DNA of 64,000 nucleotides. Source: Clostridiales bacterium (GTDB taxonomy: Bacteria > Bacillota > Clostridia > Christensenellales > DTU072). The stretch is taken from assembly GCA_012838805.1 (NCBI GenBank), contig DUON01000010.1, positions 1,072-65,071 on the forward strand, in the 5' to 3' direction. This document shows positions 48,302 to 57,250 of the stretch, piece after piece. The position numbers and the translations under genes are program-made. Under the pieces are notes generated by a model. The model saw nothing but the letters and a program-made list of their open reading frames with translations, made no database searches and was not told the origin of the DNA. Position 1 is the first letter of the stretch. Every line of letters starts with the position of its first letter.

Positions 48302-48368
48302 AGGCTATATATTACATCATTTTTGTTATTTTAGCCTTATTGTCTCCAATGGCTTTATCTACCCATTT

Positions 48369-48856
48369 CTAAATTGGCGTATAGTCACAGTATGAACGCC
48401 AATCACAATCAGTTCTATATTGACATGAGACACACAATCTGTATCCGCTAGAGACTTGAAATTTTTTCTCTGCCAGTTCTTTTTTTGCGGCTTCCTTAAT
48501 TTCTTTATATTGAGCCATAAATTTGGTTTTTATCAAATCTGCGGTTTCTCGATCTGGTATCAAATACTCCGCTTTTTCATAAAAGTGGTATACTCTGGAA
48601 GTATCCTTATCTGAAATGTTTAGCAGATACCTATAATTCATAAAAAATTCTACGATTGCGTCAGCGATACCTTCTTTAGTCAAGGCTCCACTTCTTACTT
48701 TTCTACTCAAAGCATAATAATCAAGTTCAACAGTCATTGTCGGCGATAGCAAAATATTGAAATTAATGCTGAACAATAAATCGTTGCACGCCGTAAACAT
48801 AAGAGCAAGAATTATTACGAAAATTGTAAAAAAACTGATTTACTTGATTTTCTCAT
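48369..48856 (-). pseudogene. lipoprotein-like gene interrupted by a frameshift in a T7 (plus-strand A7) tract
   Basis: The ATG at 48856 has GGGAG 8 nt upstream and encodes MRKSSKSVFL, then stops. One extra T in the run at 48828-48834 would give MRKSSKSVFFTIFVIILALMFTAC-NDLL…, joined in frame to the 143-aa track ORF. Confidence 0.6.
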
Positions 48857-49008
48857 GACTTTTTCTCCCATTTTTTCATAAGTCTTCATCAAATAGCATG
48901 AAAATTAGCACCAATTTATTGGTACCCTAATAATCTAAATTAAAGAGTGTTGATTTATACCCTCTTATGTGCTATACTGCAAACGATATTTTCCTATTGA
49001 GGTTAAAG

Positions 49009-50289
49009 ATGATTGCCGCCGTCATTCTTTTTGTTTTGACCTATGCACTTTTACTTATTTTCCCAAATTATCGGGCATATATCGCGTTAGTGTCGGCGAT
49101 TATTTTTGTAGCCGCAGGGATATTGCCAATACATAAGTTCTTATTTTCTATAGACTGGAATGTGCTGATGATGATAGGGGGCACAATGGGGATAGTATCG
49201 CTTTTTATTGCGTCCAAAATGCCTTCTTTGCTTGCGGATTTGATAATAAAGAAAATGCCAAATGTGCGCTGGGCAATCATATCTTTGGCGCTGTTTGCCG
49301 GTCTTATTTCAGCGTTTGTAGACAATGTCGCCACGGTGCTTATGGTAGCTCCGGTCGCTATCACAATCTGTAAAAAACTTGATATCTCCCCAGTAAAAAG
49401 CATAATCACCATAGCCATATCCTCTAATCTACAGGGCGCCGCCACGCTTGTGGGGGATACCACTTCGATACTGCTCGGCGGATATGCAGGTCTTGATTTC
49501 TTGGATTTTTTCTTTTTCCGCGGAAAAATGGGAATGTTCTGGGTTGTGCAAATAAGTGCCATAGCCTCAGCTTTGGTGCTGGCATGGTTTTTCCGTAAAG
49601 ATAATCAAAAGATTTCTATTGACGACAAGACTGAGGTTAAAGATTATTTTCCAACTGTGCTGCTTGTCGGCATGATAGTACTGCTTATTATCGCCTCTTT
49701 CAGCCCATACAGGTTGCGCATAAGGGAACAAGACATAACCAACGGCGCGATCTGTGTAGTGCTTTATATTATTGGATTAGTCCGCGAAATCATAAAGAGC
49801 AAAAAATTCAGCGCAGTCAAATCTTCATTAATGGAAATAGATTTCTTTACATTGGCGCTTTTGGGCAGCCTCTTTATTGTCATAGCGGGCATTGCTGAAG
49901 TCGGCGTAATAGACAAAATAAGCGGTTTCTTTGTCAAAGTCAGCAAAAATAATCTCTTTGTGATATATACTATTTTGGTCTGGGCATCGGTGCTTTTATC
50001 GGCTTTTATTGACAACATTCCCTATGCCGCGACTATGCTCCCGGTAGTGCAAGGCATCGCTGGGATTATGGGCATTGATCCAATAATACTTTATTTCGGA
50101 CTGCTTTCGGGCGCTACTTTGGGCGGCAACCTCACTCCCATAGGCGCTTCAGCTAATATAACGGCACTGGGAATACTCCGTAAGAACGGTCATGAGGTCA
50201 AGGCGTGGGATTTTATGAAAATAAGTGTACCCTTTACTCTTGCTGCGGTCAGCGTGGGATATGTGCTCATTTGGGTGGTTTGGGCTTAA
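49009..50289 (+). CDS. ArsB/NhaD (citrate-transporter-like, IT superfamily) permease
   Basis: About 426-aa polytopic protein with the motif SAFVDNVATVLMVAPV repeated as SAFIDNIPYAATMLPV. GAGGT lies 5 nt upstream of the ATG at 49009. Confidence 0.75.
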   Translation: MIAAVILFVLTYALLLIFPNYRAYIALVSAIIFVAAGILPIHKFLFSIDWNVLMMIGGTMGIVSLFIASKMPSLLADLIIKKMPNVRWAIISLALFAGLISAFVDNVATVLMVAPVAITICKKLDISPVKSIITIAISSNLQGAATLVGDTTSILLGGYAGLDFLDFFFFRGKMGMFWVVQISAIASALVLAWFFRKDNQKISIDDKTEVKDYFPTVLLVGMIVLLIIASFSPYRLRIREQDITNGAICVVLYIIGLVREIIKSKKFSAVKSSLMEIDFFTLALLGSLFIVIAGIAEVGVIDKISGFFVKVSKNNLFVIYTILVWASVLLSAFIDNIPYAATMLPVVQGIAGIMGIDPIILYFGLLSGATLGGNLTPIGASANITALGILRKNGHEVKAWDFMKISVPFTLAAVSVGYVLIWVVWA

Positions 50290-50314
50290 GGATAAAAAAT
50301 ATATAAAAGGTTTT

Positions 50315-50939
50315 TTACGGCTCCAACTCTATCTCGAAATCAATCTCTTTGCCTTGAATAGGGAATTGGACGCCGTCTACATTAATTGAGTATTCTATTT
50401 CTTTGCCGTTTAGGGTCACTTTTTTAATTTTTTTGTTAGTCCACTGCCTGCCTTATATCTTCAGCCCATTGATAGGGAGTTTTTGCCCCCTCTTTGTCGT
50501 TAGCATACTCCAACATCTTGGCGAATATATCGAAAGCGTACGCCGCAATCGCCGAATTGAGCATGGATTCTCCCTCTCTGCGTACGGTTTTGATCTGTGT
50601 GATTGGTACTCTACCGTATACTGCTTGGTCGTTCCAATCCCCTGTTTTCATTCTGATTAAGCCGTGAGGTCCTTTGCCCACATGGCGGACAGCATAGTCA
50701 AAAGCAAGCATGACACCCTCTTTTACCGTCCGCTCAATCGGTTTATTGTTATGATAAACGGTATATTTTTCGTCTAAAAACCGCTTATCCACGGTAAAAA
50801 TCATTACCCAAAAGGTCATAATGATAATTTTTCTTACGATGAGCTTGAGCTCCCCTTGTTTGTCGGTATCGCCATACGCTCTCCTTTTTAGGAATAAGGC
50901 TCTATGATTAATATTTAACACAAAAAGAAGTCTCGTCAA
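50315..50939 (-). pseudogene. degraded remnant of a GH94-like (cellobiose/chitobiose-phosphorylase type) gene
   Basis: …FDYAVRHVGKGPHGLIRMKTGDWNDQ…EGESMLNSAIAAYAF… matches the region around the GH94 catalytic DWND motif. Only about 90 aa precede it. A C-terminal tail (KKVTLNGKEIEYSINVDGVQFPIQGKEIDFEIELEP) continues in another frame down to 50315. Confidence 0.55.
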
Positions 50940-51047
50940 TATTGGACTTAAAAAAGAACCACTCTTTAAGCGGTTTTTTAATGATTAATGGTTGAACAAT
51001 ATGAATAAAGGTTAGAATGCTCTCTAACTTAAACCCTAAAAAAATGG

Positions 51048-51578
51048 TTATTTCTTTATGTATCCGCCTTTTAGGACTTTTACATCTGTTACGGTAATAA
51101 CACAGTTGGGAAGGTTTTTATTAATAAGCCTTATTGTGGAAGCAATTCTATTTCTTTTTAAGTGAATTTTGAGGATATGTCTCTTGCCCTCTTTACCCTC
51201 GCCAATTGTCACCGTTACGCCAAGATTGTTGGCACGCAACACTTCCACTAAATTGCCCGTATCGTCTGTGGTGATTATTTCAATCGTGCTAAGCCCTAAG
51301 GCGATTTTATTTTCCAGCCATGAGCCTAAATAATTTCCAAGAGCGAACGCAAGCACAAATACCGCCACCTTAAGAGGGGCTTTTTGGAACCCTACCAGCA
51401 CAGTCCCGGTGACATAAATCCATAAAAACACCTCAATTAACGCCACCAAAGAGCCCTTTACACGCTCCCCGCGGTTTATCAGCACTATGCGCAAAGTGGC
51501 GAAGGTCACCTCGGTGATTTTGCCAAAAAAGATAATAAAATATATCCAAATGCTGTCGCTTTGTAAAAATTTTAACAT
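51048..51578 (-). CDS. UPF0316/DUF2179-domain membrane protein
   Basis: Three or four N-terminal TM segments are followed by a C-terminal DUF2179-like domain (…GVTVTIGEGKEGKRHILKIHLKR…). GAGGT lies 4 nt upstream of the ATG at 51578. The track start at 51746 adds an AT-rich extension. Confidence 0.7.
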   Translation of the reverse strand: MLKFLQSDSIWIYFIIFFGKITEVTFATLRIVLINRGERVKGSLVALIEVFLWIYVTGTVLVGFQKAPLKVAVFVLAFALGNYLGSWLENKIALGLSTIEIITTDDTGNLVEVLRANNLGVTVTIGEGKEGKRHILKIHLKRNRIASTIRLINKNLPNCVITVTDVKVLKGGYIKK

Positions 51579-51757
51579 CAGTACCTCATATAATGAACTC
51601 ATGAATATTATATAAGATATTTTTTTATAGTCAAACGATATTTCTTTAATAGCTAAATACAGATAGATAACCTTATAATATATTTTGAAAATGCTATTCA
51701 GAAGAAGAATCATGTTATAATATTGATAATCATTGATATTTGTCATAGGAGGCTTTT

Positions 51758-52069
51758 ATGGAATACTCTCTGATTATGACCACATGTGAAAATAAAGAAG
51801 ATGCACGGGAAATTATAGAGGCTCTTCTTGAAAAAAAGCTTGCAGCATGTGTTCAGATAAAGGAGATAGAGAGCTTTTATACTTGGAAAGGAAAGGTGGA
51901 AAACTCTAAGGAGATATTGCTTCTTATTAAGACCAAATCAGAGCTCTATAAGGAAGTCGAAGAGGCTATATTGAAAATGCATAAGTATGAAACGCCGGAG
52001 ATAGTCCAGATACCGTTTGCAAATGGTCTTAAAGAATATCTCAATTGGATAGACGAAGTTACTAAATAG
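51758..52069 (+). CDS. cutA: divalent-cation tolerance protein CutA
   Basis: 103 aa. The sequence …LAACVQI…SFYTWKGKVE…YETPEI… is canonical CutA1. Confidence 0.85.
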   Translation: MEYSLIMTTCENKEDAREIIEALLEKKLAACVQIKEIESFYTWKGKVENSKEILLLIKTKSELYKEVEEAILKMHKYETPEIVQIPFANGLKEYLNWIDEVTK

Positions 52070-52292
52070 ATAAAAACTCGTTTTTCAAAAGCCCTTATTC
52101 CGTAACTTAAAGGGCTGTTCAAGATTATATACATGTGCCGTTATTTTTCACCAAAAAAACCAAGGCTCTTTATGGATAAGACATAGCGCTATAGATTTTT
52201 GCACAATTTCATACTCTATAAACATATATGGTATCAAGGGGTTTTCTGTTTTACAATCCCAATTATAAAAAAGCTATTAAAGGAGTGCGATT

Positions 52293-52862
52293 ATGGTTTC
52301 ACAATCTTTCTACCCTAATCGCGCGGGAATGTCGCGCGCACAATTAGAGGTATCAAATACTATGAGACGCCTTTGGATGGAACATGTGCTTTGGACGCGG
52401 TTTTTTATTGTAAGCTCAGCGTTCAATCTGCCCGATTTGCAATTTGTTACCGAGCGCCTGCTAAGAAATCCGCATGATTTCGCCAACGAATTAAGGTCGC
52501 TGTACGGTCAGCAAATTGCCATGAGGTTTGACAATCTTTTCACCAGCCACTTAACAATCGCGGCAGAATTGGTAAATGCCGCCAAAGAGGGCGATTCGAC
52601 AGAAGTAGAAAAACAACGCGAGCTTTGGTATCAAAATGCAAGGGATATCGCCAAATTCCTTGGGTCTATAAATCCTTTCTGGAGTGAAAGAACCTGGAGG
52701 GAGATGCTATTTGAACATCTTAAGATGACCGAAGACGAAGCCGTTCAGATACTGACGGATAAATACCAAGAGAGTATCAAGCAATATGACAGCATCCAAG
52801 CCCAAGCCTTGTCTATGGCGGACCTGATGACTTATGGTCTGATTCGCCAATTCCAAATCTGA
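52293..52862 (+). CDS. hypothetical helical protein
   Basis: 189-aa ORF with AAAGGAG 7 nt upstream and a terminator downstream. I recognise no family with confidence. Confidence 0.6.
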   Translation: MVSQSFYPNRAGMSRAQLEVSNTMRRLWMEHVLWTRFFIVSSAFNLPDLQFVTERLLRNPHDFANELRSLYGQQIAMRFDNLFTSHLTIAAELVNAAKEGDSTEVEKQRELWYQNARDIAKFLGSINPFWSERTWREMLFEHLKMTEDEAVQILTDKYQESIKQYDSIQAQALSMADLMTYGLIRQFQI

Positions 52863-52896
52863 TTACATACTAAATTTTTTGCGAAATTTTCTACTT

Positions 52897-52928
52897 AACA
52901 ACGCTCCCATTAAGGAAGCGTTGTTTTC
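52897..52928 (+). terminator. rho-independent terminator
   Basis: AACAACGCT-11 nt-AGCGTTGTT followed by TTT. Confidence 0.6.
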
Positions 52929-52975
52929 ATAATTAGCATTTCAAAAGGTCTTTCCAAACGCTTAAGGGATACTGT

Positions 52976-53209
52976 CTACAGCTCTTTCACTTGCGTTTTT
53001 AATACTTTATACCCCAATTTTTCTATGGCGTTTTGGATATCTTGTATGGTGACTTTTTCTTCGTCAAAATTCACTCTCACTTTGCTTGAATTAAACAGCA
53101 CCTTTAGGCTTTCTTTGTCCACTCCCTGCAAAGACTTGACTCCGTTTTCTATCTTTAACATACATGACGGACAAACTAAGGTTTCCAATTGAAGCGTTGC
53201 TTTTTTCAT
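52976..53209 (-). CDS. heavy-metal-associated (HMA) domain metallochaperone, CopZ-like
   Basis: 77 aa with the CPSC metal-binding motif in a ferredoxin-like HMA layout. It overlaps the ATPase stop by 4 bp. Confidence 0.85.
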   Translation of the reverse strand: MKKATLQLETLVCPSCMLKIENGVKSLQGVDKESLKVLFNSSKVRVNFDEEKVTIQDIQNAIEKLGYKVLKTQVKEL

Positions 53210-55095
53210 TTTTCCTCCTTTATTATCTTTGGGATTTTATTCTTTCTTAATTTATAGCGCAATAGTCTCATGCCGTTCAAGATTACTACCAATATACTTG
53301 CCTCATGTGCCAGCATTCCTATGGACATATTCATCCATGGAAAGAACAAGCTGCCAAAAAGTATAAGCACAACGCCTACTGCGATAATGATATTTTGGCG
53401 CATATTATTTGCCGTCACCTTTGTCAAGCCCAAGGCATGAGGCAGACGCGTAAAGTCCGAATTCATTAAGACCACATCCGAAGTCTCTATCGCCACATCT
53501 GTTCCACTGCCCATTGCTATACCTATCTGAGCCAAAGCTAATGAAGGACTGTCATTTACTCCATCGCCCACAAAAGCCACGATTTTTCCTTTTGATTTTA
53601 ATTCCTTAATATAATTTGATTTATCCTCGGGCAGCATGTTCCCGTGAGCCTCCGTTAAGCCTAATTCCTTGGCTACGATATCCACCGTGCCTTGGTTGTC
53701 GCCGGAGAGGAGCACCAGATTTTTTACGCCCAGTTTCTTAATGCTTTGAAGTACTTCCTTGACCCCGTGTCTAATTTGGTCACGGACGCCCATTAAGAGC
53801 TTCAATTCGCCGTCAACCGCTGTTAGCACAAGAGAGTTCCCCTTTCTTTCAAGTTCAGCAATATCCGCAAGCGCCTCTTCACTTAAGGCGATTTTTTCCT
53901 TTTCCATTAAGCTGACATTCCCCACCGCAACCCTATGACCGTTTACTTGAGCGACAATTCCGCTGCCCTTCATGACATCTGTTTTTTCAACGGGGTGTGT
54001 TTTTATATCGCCTAGATATTCAATAATGGCTTTGGCTAACGGGTGGTCGGATTCTTTTTCCACGCTGGCAAGGTATTCCAGAGCTTCGTCAATATCTTGG
54101 GTATAATATACCTTGTCGCCCACCTTGGGATTCCCGATAGTAAGAGTTCCCGTCTTGTCAAAAACCATTGTGTCCAATTTGCTAAAATCGCTTATGACCT
54201 CGCTGCCTTTTAGAAGTACTCCATGTCGCGCACCGTTGCCTATGCCCGCCACATTGGACACCGGCACCCCAATAACCAGCGCCCCCGGACAACCCAATAC
54301 CAATATAGTAATCGCAAGCTCTACATTCCTTGAAATCAGTCCTACAATAAGTGCAATCAATAGTACTGCGGGAGTGTAGTACTTGGAGAACCTGTCAATA
54401 AAACGCTCGGTTTGGGATTTTGAATCCTGCGCCTCTTCCACAAGCTCTATGATTTTGCCAAAAGTAGTGTCTTCACCTACACGGTCGGCGGATATTTGCA
54501 GAGTACCGTTTTCTAATATAGTCCCTGCGAAAACTTGAGAACCTTTCTTTTTGCTTACCGGCAAAGACTCGCCGGTTATGCTTGCTTCATTAATATGCCC
54601 TTCGCCCGACAACACAACGCCGTCTACGGGGATTTTTGCTCCCGTCTTGACAAGCAGTATATCCCCCACATCGACTTCGTCTATCTCCACTTCCTCAAAT
54701 TCGCCGTCCTCCATTTGTTTTAGAGCGCTTTCAGGAGCCATTTGTGTCAATTCTTTAATTGCCGAACGCGTTTTGTTAAGCGTGCGAAGCTCCAAGTACG
54801 CCCCGAACAAAAACAAAAAGGTGACAATAGCCGATTCTTCATAATTTTTAATGATAAAAGCGCCTATCACTGCGATAGTAACCAATAAATCAATGCTGAC
54901 GACCTTTACCCTCAATGCCTGAAAGGCTTGAATGGCTATTGGAAGAACGCCAAAAACAGAAGCGATTATTAGCGCCCATTCGGCGACTTTTTCTTGTCTA
55001 AAGGCATATTTCGCAATAAAAGCTGCGGCTATCAATACCGCGCCCAAAATGGCAATATATTTTTTCCTATCTAAAATAAACTTTTGTATCTTCAT
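53206..55095 (-). CDS. P1B-type heavy-metal translocating ATPase, P1B-4-like, no N-terminal metal-binding domain
   Basis: Has DKTGTLT, GDGVNDSPSLA and TGES motifs. The TM motif is GCPGALV and the last TM carries HEASILVVILNGMRLL. At 629 aa it has a short N-terminus. Confidence 0.9.
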   Translation of the reverse strand: MKIQKFILDRKKYIAILGAVLIAAAFIAKYAFRQEKVAEWALIIASVFGVLPIAIQAFQALRVKVVSIDLLVTIAVIGAFIIKNYEESAIVTFLFLFGAYLELRTLNKTRSAIKELTQMAPESALKQMEDGEFEEVEIDEVDVGDILLVKTGAKIPVDGVVLSGEGHINEASITGESLPVSKKKGSQVFAGTILENGTLQISADRVGEDTTFGKIIELVEEAQDSKSQTERFIDRFSKYYTPAVLLIALIVGLISRNVELAITILVLGCPGALVIGVPVSNVAGIGNGARHGVLLKGSEVISDFSKLDTMVFDKTGTLTIGNPKVGDKVYYTQDIDEALEYLASVEKESDHPLAKAIIEYLGDIKTHPVEKTDVMKGSGIVAQVNGHRVAVGNVSLMEKEKIALSEEALADIAELERKGNSLVLTAVDGELKLLMGVRDQIRHGVKEVLQSIKKLGVKNLVLLSGDNQGTVDIVAKELGLTEAHGNMLPEDKSNYIKELKSKGKIVAFVGDGVNDSPSLALAQIGIAMGSGTDVAIETSDVVLMNSDFTRLPHALGLTKVTANNMRQNIIIAVGVVLILFGSLFFPWMNMSIGMLAHEASILVVILNGMRLLRYKLRKNKIPKIIKEEK

Positions 55096-55098
55096 ATC

Positions 55099-55377
55099 TT
55101 ATTTATGGTAGGCTATATCTAATTCTGCCAACATATGATATACCGCCTCATAGCTTTCGCATACATCAGACGGAACTTTATAGTTATCCGTAATTTCTCT
55201 TAAATCAGAAAATTCTTTTGTCAAATCGGGCTTTTTATTGTTCTTTATCTTTTCTTTTATTTGGTCATAAATCCTATGAACTTCATGAAATTCGGGATGA
55301 CTGCCTCCATGAACGCGCGCCACAATGGGTATATATTGTGCCAATAATTTAAGAGTCTTTTGATTTATTTTATCCAT
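55099..55377 (-). CDS. small protein with RIC/ScdA-YtfE hemerythrin-like similarity
   Basis: 92 aa and first gene of the ATPase operon. ARVHGGSHPEF and NYKVPSDVCESYEAVYHMLAEL resemble two helices of di-iron RIC proteins. The similarity was judged by eye only. Confidence 0.45.
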   Translation of the reverse strand: MDKINQKTLKLLAQYIPIVARVHGGSHPEFHEVHRIYDQIKEKIKNNKKPDLTKEFSDLREITDNYKVPSDVCESYEAVYHMLAELDIAYHK

Positions 55378-55644
55378 AACTTGATACCCTCTCTATTGTT
55401 TTGAAAAATAAGTATTTGGTTTCTTCTTTTTTCTTTCTGGCTCGCCCTTATGCCCATACAATCTCCAAAAAAAGTCTTATAATTTATACTACCCTCAATT
55501 CCCGCAGTTGTCAAATAAGAAAAATCGATATCATTTTGTGAGATATAGGTTCAATAAGGAGCTTGCTCATCTTATGTCAATTCACTCACCCTATTAAGGC
55601 GAATATAAAAAAGGGCTATCTAAAATTCAGACAGCCTCTTTATC

Positions 55645-55732
55645 TGGCGGAGGAATAGGGATTCGAACCCCAGGATGCTCTCGCATCAACGGTTTTCAAG
55701 ACCGCCGCAATCGACCGCTCTGCCATTCCTCC
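55645..55732 (-). tRNA. tRNA-Ser (anticodon TGA), CCA encoded
   Basis: Reverse-complement cloverleaf: acceptor GGAGGAA/TTCCTCC, anticodon arm GCGGT-CTTGAAA-ACCGT, long variable arm, T arm with TTCGAAT loop. Confidence 0.9.
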
Positions 55733-55830
55733 ATATTTTTTTATTAAGCTATATTATTATCTAAAAAAACACCCCGATTGTCAAACGCTTTTGTCGGTTT
55801 TTATTCTTGCCTCCCCAAAAAAAGTTGCTT

Positions 55831-57249
55831 TCAATGCTCTGAATGAATTAATTTATGCTTAAGGGCATATAACTTGTCGCTAAGGTCTACCTTGTATATA
55901 TGCGGATTGATAAGCCTCTTGTGCTCTTCGCTGAATTCGCTCAAACTCTTCTTTGTATAAGCCTTTACCTCTTCCAATTTGGGAAAGTCATAAACAAGCT
56001 CTCCGTTCCTTATGATATCCGTCATAAGGTCTCTCATAGAGTGTTTATGGAAAGTTGTCTTTTTCCATGTCTCAATAGGATGAAATATAGTCAAAGGCTT
56101 GTCGGTGTCAAAAGTCTCATCTTTTAAGCAAATAAGGTCCGCTGCAGCTAAGCCCTCTTCGTCATAAATCCTATAAGTGGTTTTCAGCGCAGGGTTAGTA
56201 ATCTTCTCTTCGGTATCCGATATCTTAAGTTTGGGAATCCATTCATCCCCTTCCTTGATTGCTGCGAGCTTATATACTCCGCCCAAGGATGGATTATGTG
56301 CGGATGTAATAAGTTTGGTGCCTATGCCCCAAGTGTCGATTCTTGCTCCTTGCTGTATTAAGGATGAGAGAATATATTCGTCTATGTCCCCCGACGCCAC
56401 AATCTTAACATCCTTATGTCCAGCGTCGTCCAGCATTTGTCTTGCCCTTTTGGATAGATAAGCAAGGTCGCCGCTGTCAAGGCGTATTCCAAGTGGTTTG
56501 TGCCCTTTTTCCTTTAATTCGTCAAATACTTTTATGGCATTGGGCACGCCGGATTTCAAAGTATCATAGGTATCTACCAGCAGTACACAGGTGTCGGGAT
56601 GCACTTCAGCGTATGCTCTAAAGGCGTCTATTTCCTTATCAAAGCTCATGACCCAGCTATGCGAATGTGTGCCTGATACTTTTATATCGAACATCTTTCC
56701 CGCAAGCACATTGGATGTGGAGCCACATCCCCCTATTATCGCGGCTCTGGCTCCATAAATCCCCGCGTCTGGACCTTGCGCCCGCCTGAGTCCAAATTCC
56801 ATTACCGCACCCTCGGTCTGCTGTGTTATTTTGGCGGCTTTTGTAGCGATAAGCGTTTGGTGATTTATTATATTCAATAGTGCGGTCTCTATGAATTGAG
56901 CTTGATATAACGGTGCCTTAACCGTCAAAATAGGCTCATTGGGAAATATGACCTCGCCCTCTCTTATGGCATAGATATCTCCGGTGAACTTGAAATCTCT
57001 TATCACCTCAAAGAACTTGTCCGAAAAGATATTGAGGCTTTTCAAATATTCTATATCCTCTTGGCTGAAACGGATGTTTTTTATATACTCAATTGCGGTC
57101 TCCAATCCCGCAGCGACAGCGTACTCGATATATTGATTTTTTCGATAAAACAAGTCAAAAACGCTTTCTCTCTCGCTTATGCCGGTGGCGATATAGCCGT
57201 TAATCATTGTCAATTGATAAAGGTCCGTCAATAGGGATAAATTTCTCAT
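55831..57249 (-). CDS. pncB: nicotinate phosphoribosyltransferase
   Basis: …NLSLLTDLYQLTMINGY… is a canonical PncB N-terminus. The start at 57249 avoids overlap with lgt. The track start at 57282 is an alternative. Confidence 0.9.
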   Translation of the reverse strand: MRNLSLLTDLYQLTMINGYIATGISERESVFDLFYRKNQYIEYAVAAGLETAIEYIKNIRFSQEDIEYLKSLNIFSDKFFEVIRDFKFTGDIYAIREGEVIFPNEPILTVKAPLYQAQFIETALLNIINHQTLIATKAAKITQQTEGAVMEFGLRRAQGPDAGIYGARAAIIGGCGSTSNVLAGKMFDIKVSGTHSHSWVMSFDKEIDAFRAYAEVHPDTCVLLVDTYDTLKSGVPNAIKVFDELKEKGHKPLGIRLDSGDLAYLSKRARQMLDDAGHKDVKIVASGDIDEYILSSLIQQGARIDTWGIGTKLITSAHNPSLGGVYKLAAIKEGDEWIPKLKISDTEEKITNPALKTTYRIYDEEGLAAADLICLKDETFDTDKPLTIFHPIETWKKTTFHKHSMRDLMTDIIRNGELVYDFPKLEEVKAYTKKSLSEFSEEHKRLINPHIYKVDLSDKLYALKHKLIHSEH

Positions 57250-57250
57250 T

